Of a DNA stretch of 5,051 nt, positions 4,128 to 5,051 are shown piece by piece (the stretch's first letter is position 1; the number at the start of each line of letters is the position of its first letter). Below the pieces are notes generated by a model. That model had not been told where the DNA came from. It worked only from the letters and a program-made list of their open reading frames with translations, and made no database searches. This DNA comes from a virus. The translations under genes were made by a program, and so were the position numbers. The stretch lies in the IMG/VR virus record IMGVR_UViG_3300038758_000031; one strand, given 5' to 3'.

Positions 4128-5051
4128 TCACCTTTTTTTGCCCCAGTTTTTTAACTTAGCGAAGCGTTCCATTTTTTTTAAATTTCTTCTTTCGTTCTCA
4201 TATTTTATCTTATTCCAGTTCTTTTTGTTGTCCTGGTACCCTAGTATTTTACTTTTAATTTGTGCTTCTTTTAGTCTTTTATAATATACTTCTTCTGTTT
4301 TACTTATATCTATTTTTATCCCATTTACCCATCTTTCTCCTTTGTCTAGTTTTTGAATCCATAGTTTTTCTCGTTCTTCTTCTGTGTATATCTTATTTCG
4401 GTAATATATTGGTAAATTTAGTTTGATTCCTTGTCGTGTTTTATATGTCTCGTTTGTTTTCTCTCCTTTATATTTGTTGTTATTACTATCTCTCCTTTTC
4501 ATGTAGTTATTTCCAATTCCTGGACTGCATAAGGTTATGCTATTGTAGTTTGGGTGTTGCTTGTCTGTTTTACTTACATATTTAACTATGTAATTTATTG
4601 TTTTTTCGTTTGTGTATTCTCCAATCCATACTTTTCCATACTTCCATATTTTTTCTATTTCTTCCGTTGTTTTATCTGTAAATAGTATTCCATGTACGTG
4701 TATTCTTTCTGTCTTTTTTTGTCCTAGTTCTGTCACTAACCAGTGTTTAACACTCTTTTTATTTTCCTTTCTCCATCTTTCCAGGAATCTTCTTACCGCC
4801 TTTTTTACTACTGCGTTGTCTAGTTCGTATCCTTGTAGTTTATTTTTCGTTTTTATTTTTTCCTTATTATAGTAGTTTCTTTGTTTTCCGTTCTTTAGTG
4901 TTATTGTTTTCCTTATCCCTGTTATTATTTCTTGTTCGTCATAGTCTGCCTCTAGTTTTGCTAGTTCTTCATCGTTAAAGCTTAGTGTTACGAATTGTCC
5001 TCTTTTATCGTGTCTTATTTCTTCTTGTAGTCTTACTTGCCACTGTCTTTT
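4128..5051 (-). CDS. VP4: Replication initiation protein VP4, codons 49-355 plus the stop. The frame stays open to the window end and continues at 99..243 through the circular junction.
   Basis: The ORF track reports only 4128..4736, starting at a GTG. Hand translation shows no stop between 4737 and 5051. HUH motif 2 HVHGILF is at 4680..4700, and motif 3 YIVKYVSK, with the catalytic Tyr pair, is at 4569..4592. WLVTELG precedes motif 2, as in other microvirus Reps. The stop is TGA at 4130..4128. Confidence 0.9.
   Translation of the reverse strand, partial: KRQWQVRLQEEIRHDKRGQFVTLSFNDEELAKLEADYDEQEIITGIRKTITLKNGKQRNYYNKEKIKTKNKLQGYELDNAVVKKAVRRFLERWRKENKKSVKHWLVTELGQKKTERIHVHGILFTDKTTEEIEKIWKYGKVWIGEYTNEKTINYIVKYVSKTDKQHPNYNSITLCSPGIGNNYMKRRDSNNNKYKGEKTNETYKTRQGIKLNLPIYYRNKIYTEEEREKLWIQKLDKGERWVNGIKIDISKTEEVYYKRLKEAQIKSKILGYQDNKKNWNKIKYENERRNLKKMERFAKLKNWGKKR
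4953..5051. repeat. Terminal redundancy, copy 2. Identical to 1..99.
   Basis: Exact 99-nt match to the window start. Confidence 0.95.

Noticed and set aside
4113-4139. A small imperfect hairpin (ggtaaac / gttt-c-acc) overlapping the Rep stop codon and flanked by homopolymer tracts.
   Set aside because: The stem is short, AT-rich and bulged. On the coding strand the downstream run is only AATTTTT. That is too weak to call a terminator without folding energies or transcript data.
4131-4180. Homopolymer runs inside the Rep 3-prime end (A7 and A8 on the coding strand) as programmed frameshift sites.
   Set aside because: They encode Lys-rich C-terminal sequence in an A-rich genome. I saw no downstream alternative-frame ORF of meaningful length and no stimulatory structure.
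4128-4736. The 202-aa GTG-initiated ORF as the complete Rep.
   Set aside because: The frame stays open upstream, and the truncated version lacks RCR motif 1 and the conserved Cys-rich N-terminus. The ATG at 243, reached through the circular junction, gives a full-length protein.
33-4872. Numerous plus-strand ORFs in the track: 33..299, 361..705, 769..1305, 1247..1582, 1488..1790, 1942..2178, 2548..2790, 2595..2981, 2851..3171, 3483..3887, 3836..4069, 4612..4872.
   Set aside because: All are antisense to well-supported genes, are dominated by Leu, Phe, Val and Ser, and have no recognisable motifs. The plus strand is A-poor, so stop codons are rare and long open frames arise by composition alone. 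Microviridae are transcribed from one strand only.
4953-5051. The 99-nt direct terminal repeat as a biological LTR, DTR or packaging terminus.
   Set aside because: Microviridae genomes are covalently closed circles, and the repeat falls in the middle of the Rep coding sequence with the frame continuous across it. The simplest reading is an assembler overlap from a circular molecule.

Overview
The window holds one complete, circularly permuted genome of a small ssDNA phage of the family Microviridae. It looks Alpavirinae- or Gokushovirinae-like, not phiX174-like, and is written as the complement of its coding strand. Bases 1..99 are identical to 4953..5051, so the unit genome is 4952 nt and the ends are an assembly or permutation overlap. 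All six credible genes are on the minus strand. In transcription order they are: replication initiator VP4 (starts at 243, runs through 1, wraps to 4952, ends at 4128; 355 aa once rejoined), a 66-aa ORFan, a 76-aa ORFan, major capsid VP1 (658 aa), a 115-aa protein, and the minor capsid/pilot protein VP2 (303 aa). Only about 223 nt are non-coding, in four intergenic gaps. The most unusual feature is a duplicated 52-nt intergenic cassette (244..295 and 1630..1681). Each copy has a perfectly conserved 34-nt hairpin core, placed exactly 4 nt after the stop codon of a capsid gene (VP2 or VP1) and exactly 14 nt before the ATG of the next gene (Rep or the 115-aa ORF). Other points worth a second look:
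- an 11-bp hairpin plus T5 tract between the 115-aa ORF and VP2
- an 87-codon, very basic ORF overprinted inside VP2
- two ATGA-coupled ORFans feeding into VP1
- no Shine-Dalgarno sequences, with A-rich leaders instead, which suggests a Bacteroidota host
- strong strand compositional asymmetry, which produces many spurious Leu/Phe-rich plus-strand ORFs
I saw no rRNA, tRNA, CRISPR array or transposase. All homology statements come from recognising motifs by eye, not from database searches.
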